Source of the DNA: Myxococcota bacterium | Lineage (GTDB): Bacteria > Myxococcota_A > UBA9160 > UBA6930 | Direction of reading: 5' to 3' | DNA: 64,000 nt | Assembly (NCBI GenBank): GCA_965223705.1 | Contig: OZ245015.1 | Location: 3,328,001 to 3,392,000, forward strand | In this document: positions 28,905-37,747 of the stretch, in pieces | Position numbering within the stretch: position 1 is the stretch's first letter | How the letters are laid out: the number at the start of each line of letters is the position of its first letter | The notes under the pieces: model-generated | The model's database searches: none | Seen by the model: the letters and a program-made list of their open reading frames with translations, nothing else | Told to the model about the DNA's origin: nothing | Made by a program: the position numbers and the translations under genes

Positions 28905-29674
28905 GACGAGCTCCCTAGCGTGCGACTCCTCCGGCGGGGGTGAGGGTGGAAGGGCAATCGCGTCAGGAACAGGCGCAGCGCTCGAAAGTAGATCCCGAGC
29001 AGGACCTGGAGCGTCATCGCGGGAAACCGGAGCCAAGCGGCGGTTCTGCGGAGCGGCAGGCGTCGCATTACGAGTCGCGCCGCGAACACCGTTCGTTGCT
29101 GACCCTCCTCCTCTGCCTCACTCGAGAGGATAGCCAAGCGCAGGCTTTCTTCCGGTTCGTGGACGATCCAGTCGTAGCACTGCTCCATCGGCATGAAGGG
29201 GGAGACATGAAAGGCTTTCGCGACGCGTGCGAATCGGCCCGACAGAGCGACGTCGGGTGTCAACACGTAGCAATGCCGTTCTCCCCACGGCGTGTTGCTC
29301 ACCTCCGCAATCACGGCCTGGAGGGGTCCGTCCGCCGTCTCAAAGCAGAAGAAGAAACTCACCGGATTGAACGCAAAGCCAAAATGGCGGGGATGGGTCA
29401 GCAGACGCACCGGTCCTTCGGGCCTTCGGCCCGTGCGCTCCGCGACGAGCTCTCGTGCGCAGTCGATGAGTGGACGGTGGGGATCCCCGAGGTGATCCGG
29501 TCGATGAAAGGAAGCCCAACCGAACCGACCGCGCCGGAGAAACGGTGTGGTCGCGAGCGCTTCATCGAGGTCCTCGAGGTCGAGGTAGACCATGAGGAGG
29601 CGGTTCGTAAAGGCGGTCGGACGCGGAACGATGCGGCGGTGCCGGACGCGTCCTTCGTAGAGACAGCTCGTCAC
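28901..29674 (-). CDS. DUF1365 family protein (UfaO-like)
   Basis: LYEGRVRHRR, FNPVSFFFC, AEVSNTPWGERHCY, KAFHVSPFM. Confidence 0.9.
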   Translation of the reverse strand: MTSCLYEGRVRHRRIVPRPTAFTNRLLMVYLDLEDLDEALATTPFLRRGRFGWASFHRPDHLGDPHRPLIDCARELVAERTGRRPEGPVRLLTHPRHFGFAFNPVSFFFCFETADGPLQAVIAEVSNTPWGERHCYVLTPDVALSGRFARVAKAFHVSPFMPMEQCYDWIVHEPEESLRLAILSSEAEEEGQQRTVFAARLVMRRLPLRRTAAWLRFPAMTLQVLLGIYFRALRLFLTRLPFHPHPRRRSRTLGSSS

Positions 29675-29676
29675 GC

Positions 29677-30921
29677 CTAGGCCGTCCGGTTGATTCGCTC
29701 TGCGACGCGTTTCGCGCTCCACAAACCGTCCTCGTGGAATCCGTAGCGCCAGTAGGCTCCGCAAAAGTGCACGCCGCCCCCGCCGTCGATGGCGTCGAAT
29801 CGGGACTGGGCGGCGATGGTGTCCGAATCGAATACGGGATGGTGGTACGTCTCGCGTGACAGCACCTTGGCGGGGTCGATGCGGTCTTCGGCGTTGAGCG
29901 TGACGAGAAGCCGTTGCTGGTTCGGAATCGACTGCAGGCGGTTCATGTCGTAGGTCACAAGGACACGTGGCCGCGCGTCTGCCGTCACCCGGTAGTTCCA
30001 GCTCGCCGATGCGCGCTTGGCGCTCCCGAGAATCGTGTCGTCCGTATGGAGGATCGCATCGTTCTCTCGGTATCGAATGGCCGAGAGCACGCGGACTTCA
30101 TCGCGCGTGGGGTTGGCCAAAAGCCACAGGGACTGATCACTGTGCGTCGCCAAGACGACGCGATCAAAAGTCCGATCGTGCCCGTCCGCGAACAGCAGAC
30201 GAACCCCCGCGATCGACCGAACCACGGATCGAACCGAGTGGTTGAGATGAATTCGACCGGACAGCCGATCGGCGATCGCCTTCACGTAGCTGCGAGAGCC
30301 GCCGACCACGGTGCGCCAAGGGAGGAAGTTCTTGGTTCGAAGCAGCTGATGGTTGTGGAGGAACCGGGCGAAGGTCGAAGCGGGAAAATCGAGAAAGTCG
30401 CCGGGCGATGCGGACCAGATCGCGGCTCCGATCGGCCGGAGATAGAGGTCCCGGAAGCCTGGCGAGAAGCCGCGACCGGTGAGCCACTCTCCGAGCGAGG
30501 CCTTCCCGTCGTTGGAATCGAGCAACTGAGACGCCTCGCGGTTGAACCGAGGCAGCTCCCGCAGCATGTCTCGGAATTCTCGTCGCAGTAGGTTCCCGGG
30601 ACGGGCGAGCACGGACGACAATCCGCGGCTCGCCCACGCAACACCCGTCCGCTCGCAGACGACTCCGAAGCTCATTTCCGTCGGTTGGGTCTCGATTGCG
30701 AGTTCTCGCAGGAGAGCGACGAAGCCCGGATACGTCTGTTCGTTGTAGACGATAAAGCCCGTATCGACGGCGATGAGGCGGCCGCCGGTCTCGACGTCCG
30801 CGGTGTGCGCGTGCCCCCCGAGACGGTCGGCACTCTCGAAGAGGTGCACCTCGTGGCGGTCCCGCAAGGTGTGGGCTGCTACGAGACCGGAGATACCCGA
30901 TCCGACGACAGCGATTTTCAC
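29677..30921 (-). CDS. FAD-dependent oxidoreductase (amine oxidase fold, UfaD-like fatty acyl desaturase)
   Basis: KIAVVGSGISG, RLGGHAHT, VDTGFIVYN, ASWNY, TYDMNRLQ, GFHEDGL. Confidence 0.88.
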   Translation of the reverse strand: MKIAVVGSGISGLVAAHTLRDRHEVHLFESADRLGGHAHTADVETGGRLIAVDTGFIVYNEQTYPGFVALLRELAIETQPTEMSFGVVCERTGVAWASRGLSSVLARPGNLLRREFRDMLRELPRFNREASQLLDSNDGKASLGEWLTGRGFSPGFRDLYLRPIGAAIWSASPGDFLDFPASTFARFLHNHQLLRTKNFLPWRTVVGGSRSYVKAIADRLSGRIHLNHSVRSVVRSIAGVRLLFADGHDRTFDRVVLATHSDQSLWLLANPTRDEVRVLSAIRYRENDAILHTDDTILGSAKRASASWNYRVTADARPRVLVTYDMNRLQSIPNQQRLLVTLNAEDRIDPAKVLSRETYHHPVFDSDTIAAQSRFDAIDGGGGVHFCGAYWRYGFHEDGLWSAKRVAERINRTA

Positions 30922-31961
30922 GGGGTGGGGTCCGCGCGGCGAAACCGGTAGTGCGACACCCACCACTCGTTTCCGTTTCGGTAGCCGAAGAGTTCGGCGC
31001 AGGCCATGAAGAACATGCGCCACCGCTGCAGCCGGATCTCCGCGTCGTCCGTCCCTGGGACGGCCTCGAAAGCGCGCACGAGCCGTTCGCGACGCGCATC
31101 GAGATTTTGCAGCCACGCTTCGCTGGTCTTCTCGTAGTGCTGTCCGCCGATTCGCCAGTGATGCTCGACCGTGAGTCGCTCCTGAAAATGGAGCAGATGC
31201 GTGTCACTCGGCATCATCCCGCCGGTAAAGAAGTTGCGGGCCATCCAGTCGGCTTCGCCCTTCGTTTCGTACGGGTAGCTCGAGCGGCGGTGGCAAAAGA
31301 TGTGGACGAAGAGTCGGCCCGCTGGCACGAGCCATTGCGAGATTCGCTGCATGAGAAGTGCGTGGTTTCGCACATGCTCGAACATTTCGATGGACACCAC
31401 GCGGTCGAAGCGGCCTTCGGGTTCAAACTGATTGATATCGGCCGTCACGACTTCGACGTTCTCGAGACCCAGGACGGCGCAGCGACCGAGGATGAACTCG
31501 CGCTGACTTTTCGAATTCGAAACCGCGACCACCTGGCAGCTCGGAAATCGCTCGGCGAGCCACAGCGAGAACGATCCCCACCCGCAACCGAGATCGAGCA
31601 CGCGCGCGCCCTCTTCGATCTGCGCCCGGTGCGCCGTCAACGCCAGCATGCTCTCCTCCGCGTCGGCGAGCGTCGTCACGCCGTTCGGCCAATGGGCGCA
31701 GCTGTACTTCAGGCGGGGCCCGAGAACGGCTTCGTAGAAAGCGGCGGGAACTTCGTAGTGCTGTCGGTTCGCCGCGTCTGTCGCGATCGCGATGGGGCCT
31801 CGCGACGCGTCTCGTAGAAAGGCCTCTTGTTCCTCCTGCTCGACTTCGCACCCGTTCGACTGCAGCTCAGTCAACCGTCGAGCGAGGAGCCTGCGGATGG
31901 CGAGCCGAATCCAGGAGTCCGGAATCCAGCCTTTTTCCGCGATTTCAATGGGGGTCACCAC
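30918..31961 (-). CDS. Cfa-like / coclaurine N-methyltransferase-like SAM methyltransferase
   Basis: ANRQHYEVP, LKYSC, LDLGCGWGS, SIEMFEH, FVHIFCH, FFTGGMMPS. Confidence 0.88.
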   Translation of the reverse strand: MVTPIEIAEKGWIPDSWIRLAIRRLLARRLTELQSNGCEVEQEEQEAFLRDASRGPIAIATDAANRQHYEVPAAFYEAVLGPRLKYSCAHWPNGVTTLADAEESMLALTAHRAQIEEGARVLDLGCGWGSFSLWLAERFPSCQVVAVSNSKSQREFILGRCAVLGLENVEVVTADINQFEPEGRFDRVVSIEMFEHVRNHALLMQRISQWLVPAGRLFVHIFCHRRSSYPYETKGEADWMARNFFTGGMMPSDTHLLHFQERLTVEHHWRIGGQHYEKTSEAWLQNLDARRERLVRAFEAVPGTDDAEIRLQRWRMFFMACAELFGYRNGNEWWVSHYRFRRADPTP

Positions 31962-32002
31962 AGATCCTCCGGCCGCTCAGAGGTTGTCTAGCGTCCGCTG
32001 GA

Positions 32003-32032
32003 TTGTCAAGATAATATCTATACAAATAGACA
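32003..32032. promoter_or_regulatory. Candidate CarH/MerR-type operator in the divergent promoter
   Basis: AT-rich imperfect inverted repeat TTGTCAAGAT-AAT-ATCTATACAA; TnnACA units on both strands (TTGACA, TAGACA, TATACA). Confidence 0.5.
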
Positions 32033-32086
32033 GGGCCGCGGCAAACCGAGAAAGCGACAGGTCGACGCCGGCCAACAGTTCTTAGA

Positions 32087-32986
32087 ATGGATGGGATGGA
32101 GTCTTCTGACGTCGTAGCTACGACCCACTCGCTCGGAGAGGTGGTCCGCGCCACCGGGCTTTCGGCAGAGCTGTTGCGCGCGTGGGAGCGCCGCTACGGG
32201 GCCATTGAACCGATGCGCAGTCCGGGCGGCACCCGGCGCTACCGAGATTCGGACGTCGCGCGGCTCCGCCTGTTGAAATCCGCGGTGGACGCAGGCCGCC
32301 GCATCAGTGAGGTGGCCGGTCTAAGCGACGACGAGCTGATCCGCGGGGTCGCCGAGCAGCGCGGAGGACTGCCGGGACAACTCGGACCAGCGTTCGAAGC
32401 GATCCGGGACGTCGACGCCGCCGCGCTTCGACGCATCGCCGAGGCGGAGCTCGCTCGTCTCGGCGCCCCTGTATTCGTTCAAGAATTCGCTCTCCCTTTG
32501 CTGCAGCGCGTGGGCGACGGCTGGGCGGCGCAACAGTGCTCGATCGCCGGCGAACACCTGGCGAGTTCGCTCCTCCGCAGCATGCTCGGCACCGCCCTCC
32601 TTACGCCGAACGCCGACGCGAATGCGCCACACGTCGTGTTTGCTACGCCAGAAGGCGAACATCACGAGCTCGGAACGCTCTCCGCCGCGGTCGTCGGCGT
32701 GTCGCTGGGCTTGCGAGCGACCTACCTGGGTGCGGACCTTCCCGCCGCGGATTTGGCGCGAACCGTTTCGGACACGCGCGCGCAGGCGTTGGCGATGGGG
32801 ATCGCCCATCAGCGAGCCGAGCGAACGCAGCGCTTCCTCGCTGAGCTCGACGAGCGGCTCGCCCCCGGAGTCGAGATCTGGATCGGCGGGCCCCGCTGTC
32901 GCGACCTCGCGGGCGGGCGGACCCACGCGATTCCAAGTTTCGAGGCGCTCGAGCATCGCGTGGGTTCGTTGCGGGTAGGGCCTTAG
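32087..32986 (+). CDS. carH: MerR-family cobalamin-binding light-dependent regulator (CarH/LitR type)
   Basis: LRAWERRYG...RSPGGTRRY MerR HTH; W-x9-EH (WAAQQCSIAGEH); ExHxxG (EHHELG); YLGADLP. Confidence 0.85.
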   Translation: MDGMESSDVVATTHSLGEVVRATGLSAELLRAWERRYGAIEPMRSPGGTRRYRDSDVARLRLLKSAVDAGRRISEVAGLSDDELIRGVAEQRGGLPGQLGPAFEAIRDVDAAALRRIAEAELARLGAPVFVQEFALPLLQRVGDGWAAQQCSIAGEHLASSLLRSMLGTALLTPNADANAPHVVFATPEGEHHELGTLSAAVVGVSLGLRATYLGADLPAADLARTVSDTRAQALAMGIAHQRAERTQRFLAELDERLAPGVEIWIGGPRCRDLAGGRTHAIPSFEALEHRVGSLRVGP

Positions 32987-33041
32987 AAATGATCTATACG
33001 ATGGAGCATGGTCCCACGATGACCCCAAGTGCGCGGTCCGA

Positions 33042-33911
33042 ATGACCCGGGCCGATTCGCAAGCCCTGATCGCAATTCCGGCAGTTCTAGCGGTCGGGGC
33101 GGTGGTCTGCTGGTTCGGCGCGGCGGGCGGGAAGCAGGTCGGCGCCTTCCCCGTGTTCGCCATCGGCGGCGTCCTCGCGTTCGGCATCAACGCGGCCGCT
33201 TTCATTCCCGCCTATCGGAGCCAAACGGAACACTACTACGACCTGGCAGGAAGTCTCACGTACATCGCGGTCACGGGTACCGGGCTTTTTCTCGGCGCCC
33301 TCGACGCCCGTGCGGTCTTGCTCGCCGTTCTCGTCGCGATCTGGGCGGCACGCCTCGGATCGTTCCTTTTCGTCCGAATTCGAAGTGTCGGAAAGGACGG
33401 GCGTTTCGACGAGATCAAGCCGAGCGCTTCTCGCTTCCTGTTGGCCTGGCTTCTCCAGGGACTCTGGGTCTTGCTGACGCTCGCTTGTGCACTGGCTGCC
33501 ATGACGTCCAAGGCCCCTGCGCCTCTCGGTTCGCTTGCCTTACTGGGAACTCTGGTGTGGCTCGCGGGTTTTGCGATCGAAGTCACCGCCGATTACCAGA
33601 AGAGCCGCTTCCGTCGAAACCCGGCGAACCGAGGGCGTTTCATCGACACGGGGCTGTGGGCTTGGTCGCGACACCCGAACTATTTCGGCGAGATTGTGCT
33701 GTGGACCGGAATCGCGCTGATCGCGCTTCCGGCACTACAGGGGTTTCAGCACTTGACGCTGATCTCTCCGCTGTTCGTCTACCTCCTCCTCACGAGAGTG
33801 AGCGGCGTCCCACTACTCGAATCGCGCGCGTTGGAACGGTGGGGGGACTGCGACGAGTACCGCGCGTACCAGGAGCGCACTCCCGTTCTCTTCCCGCGCC
33901 CTCCGCGGTGA
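33042..33911 (+). CDS. DUF1295 (steroid 5-alpha-reductase-like) membrane protein
   Basis: TEHYYDLAGS, GKDGRFD, ADYQK, GLWAWSRHPNYFGE, SGVPLLE. Confidence 0.9.
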   Translation: MTRADSQALIAIPAVLAVGAVVCWFGAAGGKQVGAFPVFAIGGVLAFGINAAAFIPAYRSQTEHYYDLAGSLTYIAVTGTGLFLGALDARAVLLAVLVAIWAARLGSFLFVRIRSVGKDGRFDEIKPSASRFLLAWLLQGLWVLLTLACALAAMTSKAPAPLGSLALLGTLVWLAGFAIEVTADYQKSRFRRNPANRGRFIDTGLWAWSRHPNYFGEIVLWTGIALIALPALQGFQHLTLISPLFVYLLLTRVSGVPLLESRALERWGDCDEYRAYQERTPVLFPRPPR

Positions 33912-33919
33912 CGCGAAGC

Positions 33920-34717
33920 TCACGCCACTTCGGCGATGGCTCCGTCTGCGATGAAGCCCGCAATGAGTTTGCTCAGTTCGTCGGGACGATCGAGATCCGC
34001 CGCGTGTCCGGCCTCGGGAAGCGTCGTCAAGATCGAGCCCTCGATGGCCTCTCGCCAGGCGTCTCCGTAGGGCGACGGAACAACCACGTCTTCACTCGCG
34101 CTCACGACGAGGGTTGCGGCCTTGACGCGCGGCAGTCTTCGGCGAACTCCCGTGTCGGGTATCGGCCACAAGAACTTGGCAGCGGAACGCAAGCTCAAGA
34201 GTTCTTCGACATGCGCATCCATCCGATCCCGTCCCTTCAATAAATGCTTCTCCCGGCCGTCCGCTTCTGCGAACAGCGGCCGCGAAGGCCAGCCCGGATG
34301 TTGCGCAAAGGGATCTTCGCCCCCGACATCGTCGAGCCATAAACCGAGAGGGTTGGTCAGAACGAGCTTTCCCACCCGGCTCGGCGCGATCGCCGCGAGT
34401 TCCGCTGCCATCCATCCCCCGATCCCGATTCCCACGACGTGGGCGGAATCGAGGCCAAAGGCGTCGAGAAGATCGATGTGGTGGAGCGTCAGATCCAAAG
34501 GACCCTCGTCAAAGTCGGAAAGCTGATCTTTGGCGGGGCCCCAACCGGGTGCACATGGAGCGAGGACTTCGAAATGCTCGGCGAGGCGAGCGAGGATGGG
34601 TTCGCAGCCCGTCAGACCGAGCAACCCGTGAAGGTAGAGCAGCGGTTCGCCGGCGCCGGCTCGATGGAAGAAAACCTCGCGGGCCGCGGGTCCGACCTGG
34701 GTTGTTTCGAGCCTCAT
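33920..34717 (-). CDS. Alpha/beta hydrolase-fold protein with atypical nucleophile elbow
   Basis: PLLYLHG, HVVGIGIGGWMAAELA, EAGH; ATGA overlap with the LLM gene. Confidence 0.82.
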   Translation of the reverse strand: MRLETTQVGPAAREVFFHRAGAGEPLLYLHGLLGLTGCEPILARLAEHFEVLAPCAPGWGPAKDQLSDFDEGPLDLTLHHIDLLDAFGLDSAHVVGIGIGGWMAAELAAIAPSRVGKLVLTNPLGLWLDDVGGEDPFAQHPGWPSRPLFAEADGREKHLLKGRDRMDAHVEELLSLRSAAKFLWPIPDTGVRRRLPRVKAATLVVSASEDVVVPSPYGDAWREAIEGSILTTLPEAGHAADLDRPDELSKLIAGFIADGAIAEVA

Positions 34718-35985
34718 CGCTGTGCCCCCGTAGAACCGAATGCGTTCGGCCCGGGAGCGACGGCCCGTGGCACGGCCCGATCCTCTGCGGGCATCGGATT
34801 CGGGCTCCATCGGTCCTCGTAGTCGCTCCAAAGCCCCTTCATTTGCGGAACGATCTTCTCGGCGAACATTCGAGTGGAGTACTGGCAAAGATCATTCGGC
34901 ATGTCACCGAAGTGCAGTAGGCACACCAAATGGCCGATCTGTAGGGACGTCGCGAGCTTGTGGATCTGTTCTGCCACGTTTTCCGGGCTACCGGCGATGA
35001 TGTAGCCCCGCTCGATCATTTCCTCCCAAGACAAGGCCGCCGCCTGGTTCAGCGCCGACGATTGGCCGGCCATCTGTGATGCGAGACCTGCGCGTATGGT
35101 CGGCTCGGTGCGATAGCCCGGCGCATCTGCGAACCCGGGATGGACGTGGAGACATCGCGAGAAGAAATAGCGCGCGTGACTCTCGTAGAGGCGTTTCGCT
35201 TCGGCGTCGCTGTCGGCGATGCAGATTTGTTGGGCGAACGTGGCTTGGTACGGGTTGAAGTCCTTTCCGAGCGCTTCCATGCGATCCCAGAAGCCCTGCA
35301 TCAGTTGGGCGCCTCGCACGTAGCCCGAGAACGACAAGTAGCTGTAGTTGTAATCATTCTCGGCGCAGAAATCCCAGGTCTCGAGCGATCCTCCGCCGGG
35401 AATCCAAATCGGTGGCGGTGTCTGGATGGGTCGCGGCCACAGGTTGACGTAGCGGAGCTTGTAGTACTTGCCGTTCCAAGCGAAGACGTCGGGGTCTTTC
35501 CAGGCTTTGCGGACGAGATCGTGCGCTTCGTGGTATTTCTCGCGCAGGGTCGCCGGATTGACACCACACGCGTAGTTGTCATCCATCGAGCTTCCAACGG
35601 GGAATCCGGCGATCAGCCGGCCGCCTGACATGCAATCGATCATCGCCATTTCTTCGGCGACCCGTGTCGGGGGATCGTAGAGCGCGAGCGACTGGCCCAG
35701 GAGGAGAATCGCCGCCCGGTGGGTACGCCGCGCGAGGGTCGCCGCCATCAACTGGGGAGAGGGCATCAACCCGTAGGCGTTCTGGTGGTGCTCGTTGATG
35801 CCGAGCCCGTCGTAGCCCACTTCTTCCGCCAACTCGAGCAGATCGAGGTAGTCGTTGTAGACCTTGTTCGCCTTCACCGGGTCGAACAATCGGGAATCGA
35901 CGTCGACCCAGACGCTGCGGTGCGCCTCCGTAAAGTCGTCGGGCAAGTACGGCCACGGCATGAGGTTGAACCAATGAAATTTCAT
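34714..35985 (-). CDS. LLM class flavin-dependent oxidoreductase
   Basis: MKFHWFNLMPW, GINEHHQNAYG, RVAEEMAMIDCMSGGRL, NLWPRPIQ. Confidence 0.9.
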   Translation of the reverse strand: MKFHWFNLMPWPYLPDDFTEAHRSVWVDVDSRLFDPVKANKVYNDYLDLLELAEEVGYDGLGINEHHQNAYGLMPSPQLMAATLARRTHRAAILLLGQSLALYDPPTRVAEEMAMIDCMSGGRLIAGFPVGSSMDDNYACGVNPATLREKYHEAHDLVRKAWKDPDVFAWNGKYYKLRYVNLWPRPIQTPPPIWIPGGGSLETWDFCAENDYNYSYLSFSGYVRGAQLMQGFWDRMEALGKDFNPYQATFAQQICIADSDAEAKRLYESHARYFFSRCLHVHPGFADAPGYRTEPTIRAGLASQMAGQSSALNQAAALSWEEMIERGYIIAGSPENVAEQIHKLATSLQIGHLVCLLHFGDMPNDLCQYSTRMFAEKIVPQMKGLWSDYEDRWSPNPMPAEDRAVPRAVAPGPNAFGSTGAQR

Positions 35986-36170
35986 CTGACGACTCCGTAG
36001 TTTTCGGGGTGACGCACGCCCGGTCCGACCGGCACTATCGCCGCAAACGTGATCGGCACCTATGACGCCGCTCATATCCCCGCCCGAAGCCTATGACCCA
36101 CGTCATAGGGGGCTCGAACGACGACGACTACCCTAGCAGCGACGTAGGCCACCACAATTGGAGGACTCCC

Positions 36171-37031
36171 ATGGCGATGGTCGTCGAACACTTCTTTCAC
36201 GAACCCACCTGGACGCTCTCCTACCTCGTGTACGACTCGATCGAACGCGTCGGGGTCGTGATCGACTCGGTTCGCGACTTCGATTGGAAGAGCGGACGAA
36301 CGGCCTTCGACGCCTGCGAACGAATCGCAGCGAAGATCGACGCCGAGCGACTCGAGATCCCCTTCGTCCTCGATACCCATGCCCACGCCGATCACCTGAG
36401 TGGGTTGCCGTTCTTCAAAGAGCGCTATGGCGCGCGGACCTGCATCGGCCGCGGGGTCACAGGAGTTCAGCGGACCTTTCGCGAGCTTTTCAACTTGGGG
36501 GATGACTTTGCGGTCGATGGCGGCCAGTTCGATCGCCTTTTGGACGATGGCGATGAACTGCCGTTCGGTTCGCTGCAGATCCGGGTCCTCGCGACCCCGG
36601 GACACACACCGGCTTGTGTCACGTATCAGATCGGCGACGCGCTCTTCGTAGGAGACACGTTGTTTGCGCCCGACTCGGGTACGGCCCGCTGCGACTTCCC
36701 CGCCGGCTCCGCCGAGACACTGTTCGATTCGATCACACGGCTTTACGAGCTTCCCCCAAAGACACGCGTCTTTTTATGTCACGACTACCAACCAGAAGGG
36801 CGCGTTCTCCAAGTGGAGAGCTCGATCGGCGAGCAGCGCCGCTCAAACGTCGCGCTGAATGGCGAGACGACCCGAGAACAGTTCACTGCGGCTCGGAAGA
36901 AACGCGATGCCAGCCTCGAGGTTCCGAACCTCATCCTACCCTCGATTCAGGTCAATATCCGGGCTGGAGAACTTCCCCCACCCGACGACAACGGGGTCTC
37001 GTACCTCCGCTTCCCGCTAAACTCGTTGTGA
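36171..37031 (+). CDS. MBL-fold persulfide dioxygenase (ETHE1/Blh-like)
   Basis: THAHADHLS, TPGHTPAC, GDTLF, GTARCDFP, CHDY, LPSIQVNIRAG. Confidence 0.88.
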   Translation: MAMVVEHFFHEPTWTLSYLVYDSIERVGVVIDSVRDFDWKSGRTAFDACERIAAKIDAERLEIPFVLDTHAHADHLSGLPFFKERYGARTCIGRGVTGVQRTFRELFNLGDDFAVDGGQFDRLLDDGDELPFGSLQIRVLATPGHTPACVTYQIGDALFVGDTLFAPDSGTARCDFPAGSAETLFDSITRLYELPPKTRVFLCHDYQPEGRVLQVESSIGEQRRSNVALNGETTREQFTAARKKRDASLEVPNLILPSIQVNIRAGELPPPDDNGVSYLRFPLNSL

Positions 37032-37061
37032 GGGGTGAGTTAGCGAAAAGGAACTCGCAAA

Positions 37062-37565
37062 ATGGATGCGGACCACAAGAAACAGGCCTTGCGCATGATT
37101 CCCTATGGGCTGTACGTCCTGACGGGCGCCTCTGCCGATGGTCAGGTCGCCGCCGCGACGGTGAACTGGGTAACGCAGGCGTCGTTTGAACCGCCGCTTG
37201 TCGCCGTCGGCGTGAAGACCGATTCGGGAGCCCATTCGATCATCAAGGAGTCGAAGAGCTTTGCCCTGAACGTCATCAGCAAAGGCCAAGAATCGATGGC
37301 TTTCTCGTTCTTCAAGCCCGCGGAGCGCGAAGGTGACACGATCGCCGGGGAACCCTTCTCCGCAGGGGCGACCGGCGCGCCCATTCTTTCGAATGCCCGC
37401 GCTTTCCTCGAGTGCCGATTGTCTGAAACCGTCGAAATTGGCGATCACTCTCTCTTCGTGGGAGAAGTCGTCGATGCCGGGCTGTCGAAGCCCATCGACG
37501 GACGCCCCGACGACGTAACCCTGGCGCTTCGCGATCTAGGCGAAAAGACCTTCTACGGCGGGTAG
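37062..37565 (+). CDS. Flavin reductase family protein
   Basis: IPYGLYVL, WVTQASFEPP, GDHSLFVGEV. Confidence 0.9.
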   Translation: MDADHKKQALRMIPYGLYVLTGASADGQVAAATVNWVTQASFEPPLVAVGVKTDSGAHSIIKESKSFALNVISKGQESMAFSFFKPAEREGDTIAGEPFSAGATGAPILSNARAFLECRLSETVEIGDHSLFVGEVVDAGLSKPIDGRPDDVTLALRDLGEKTFYGG

Positions 37566-37573
37566 CCGGGCGA

Positions 37574-37633
37574 CACAGTCTTGTGAGACCGCGCGTCCGG
37601 CGTAAGCCACGCGCGCGATGTCTCACCGCTGTG
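37574..37633. repeat. Long imperfect inverted repeat / hairpin
   Basis: CACAG..GTGAGAC-CGCGCGT..GGC-GTAA-GCC-ACGCGCG..GTCTCAC..CTGTG nested arms. Confidence 0.65.
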
Positions 37634-37705
37634 GCGTGAAGTCCCGGTTCCGCCCGCTCCCGGACTTCTGGAGCCTCCTCGCGCCGAAAAGAAACCTTCA
37701 ATGCC

Positions 37706-37721
37706 CGGCACACATTTTGCT
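37706..37721 (+). promoter_or_regulatory. sigma54 -24/-12 promoter motif
   Basis: CGGCACACATTTTGCT (GG-N10-GC). Confidence 0.65.
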
Positions 37722-37747
37722 GCCTTTTCGAGCAACGTACGTCGTCA

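Noticed and set aside
36030..36045. Possible sigma54 motif CGGCACTATCGCCGCA
   Set aside because: Poor -12 element and far from the next start codon.
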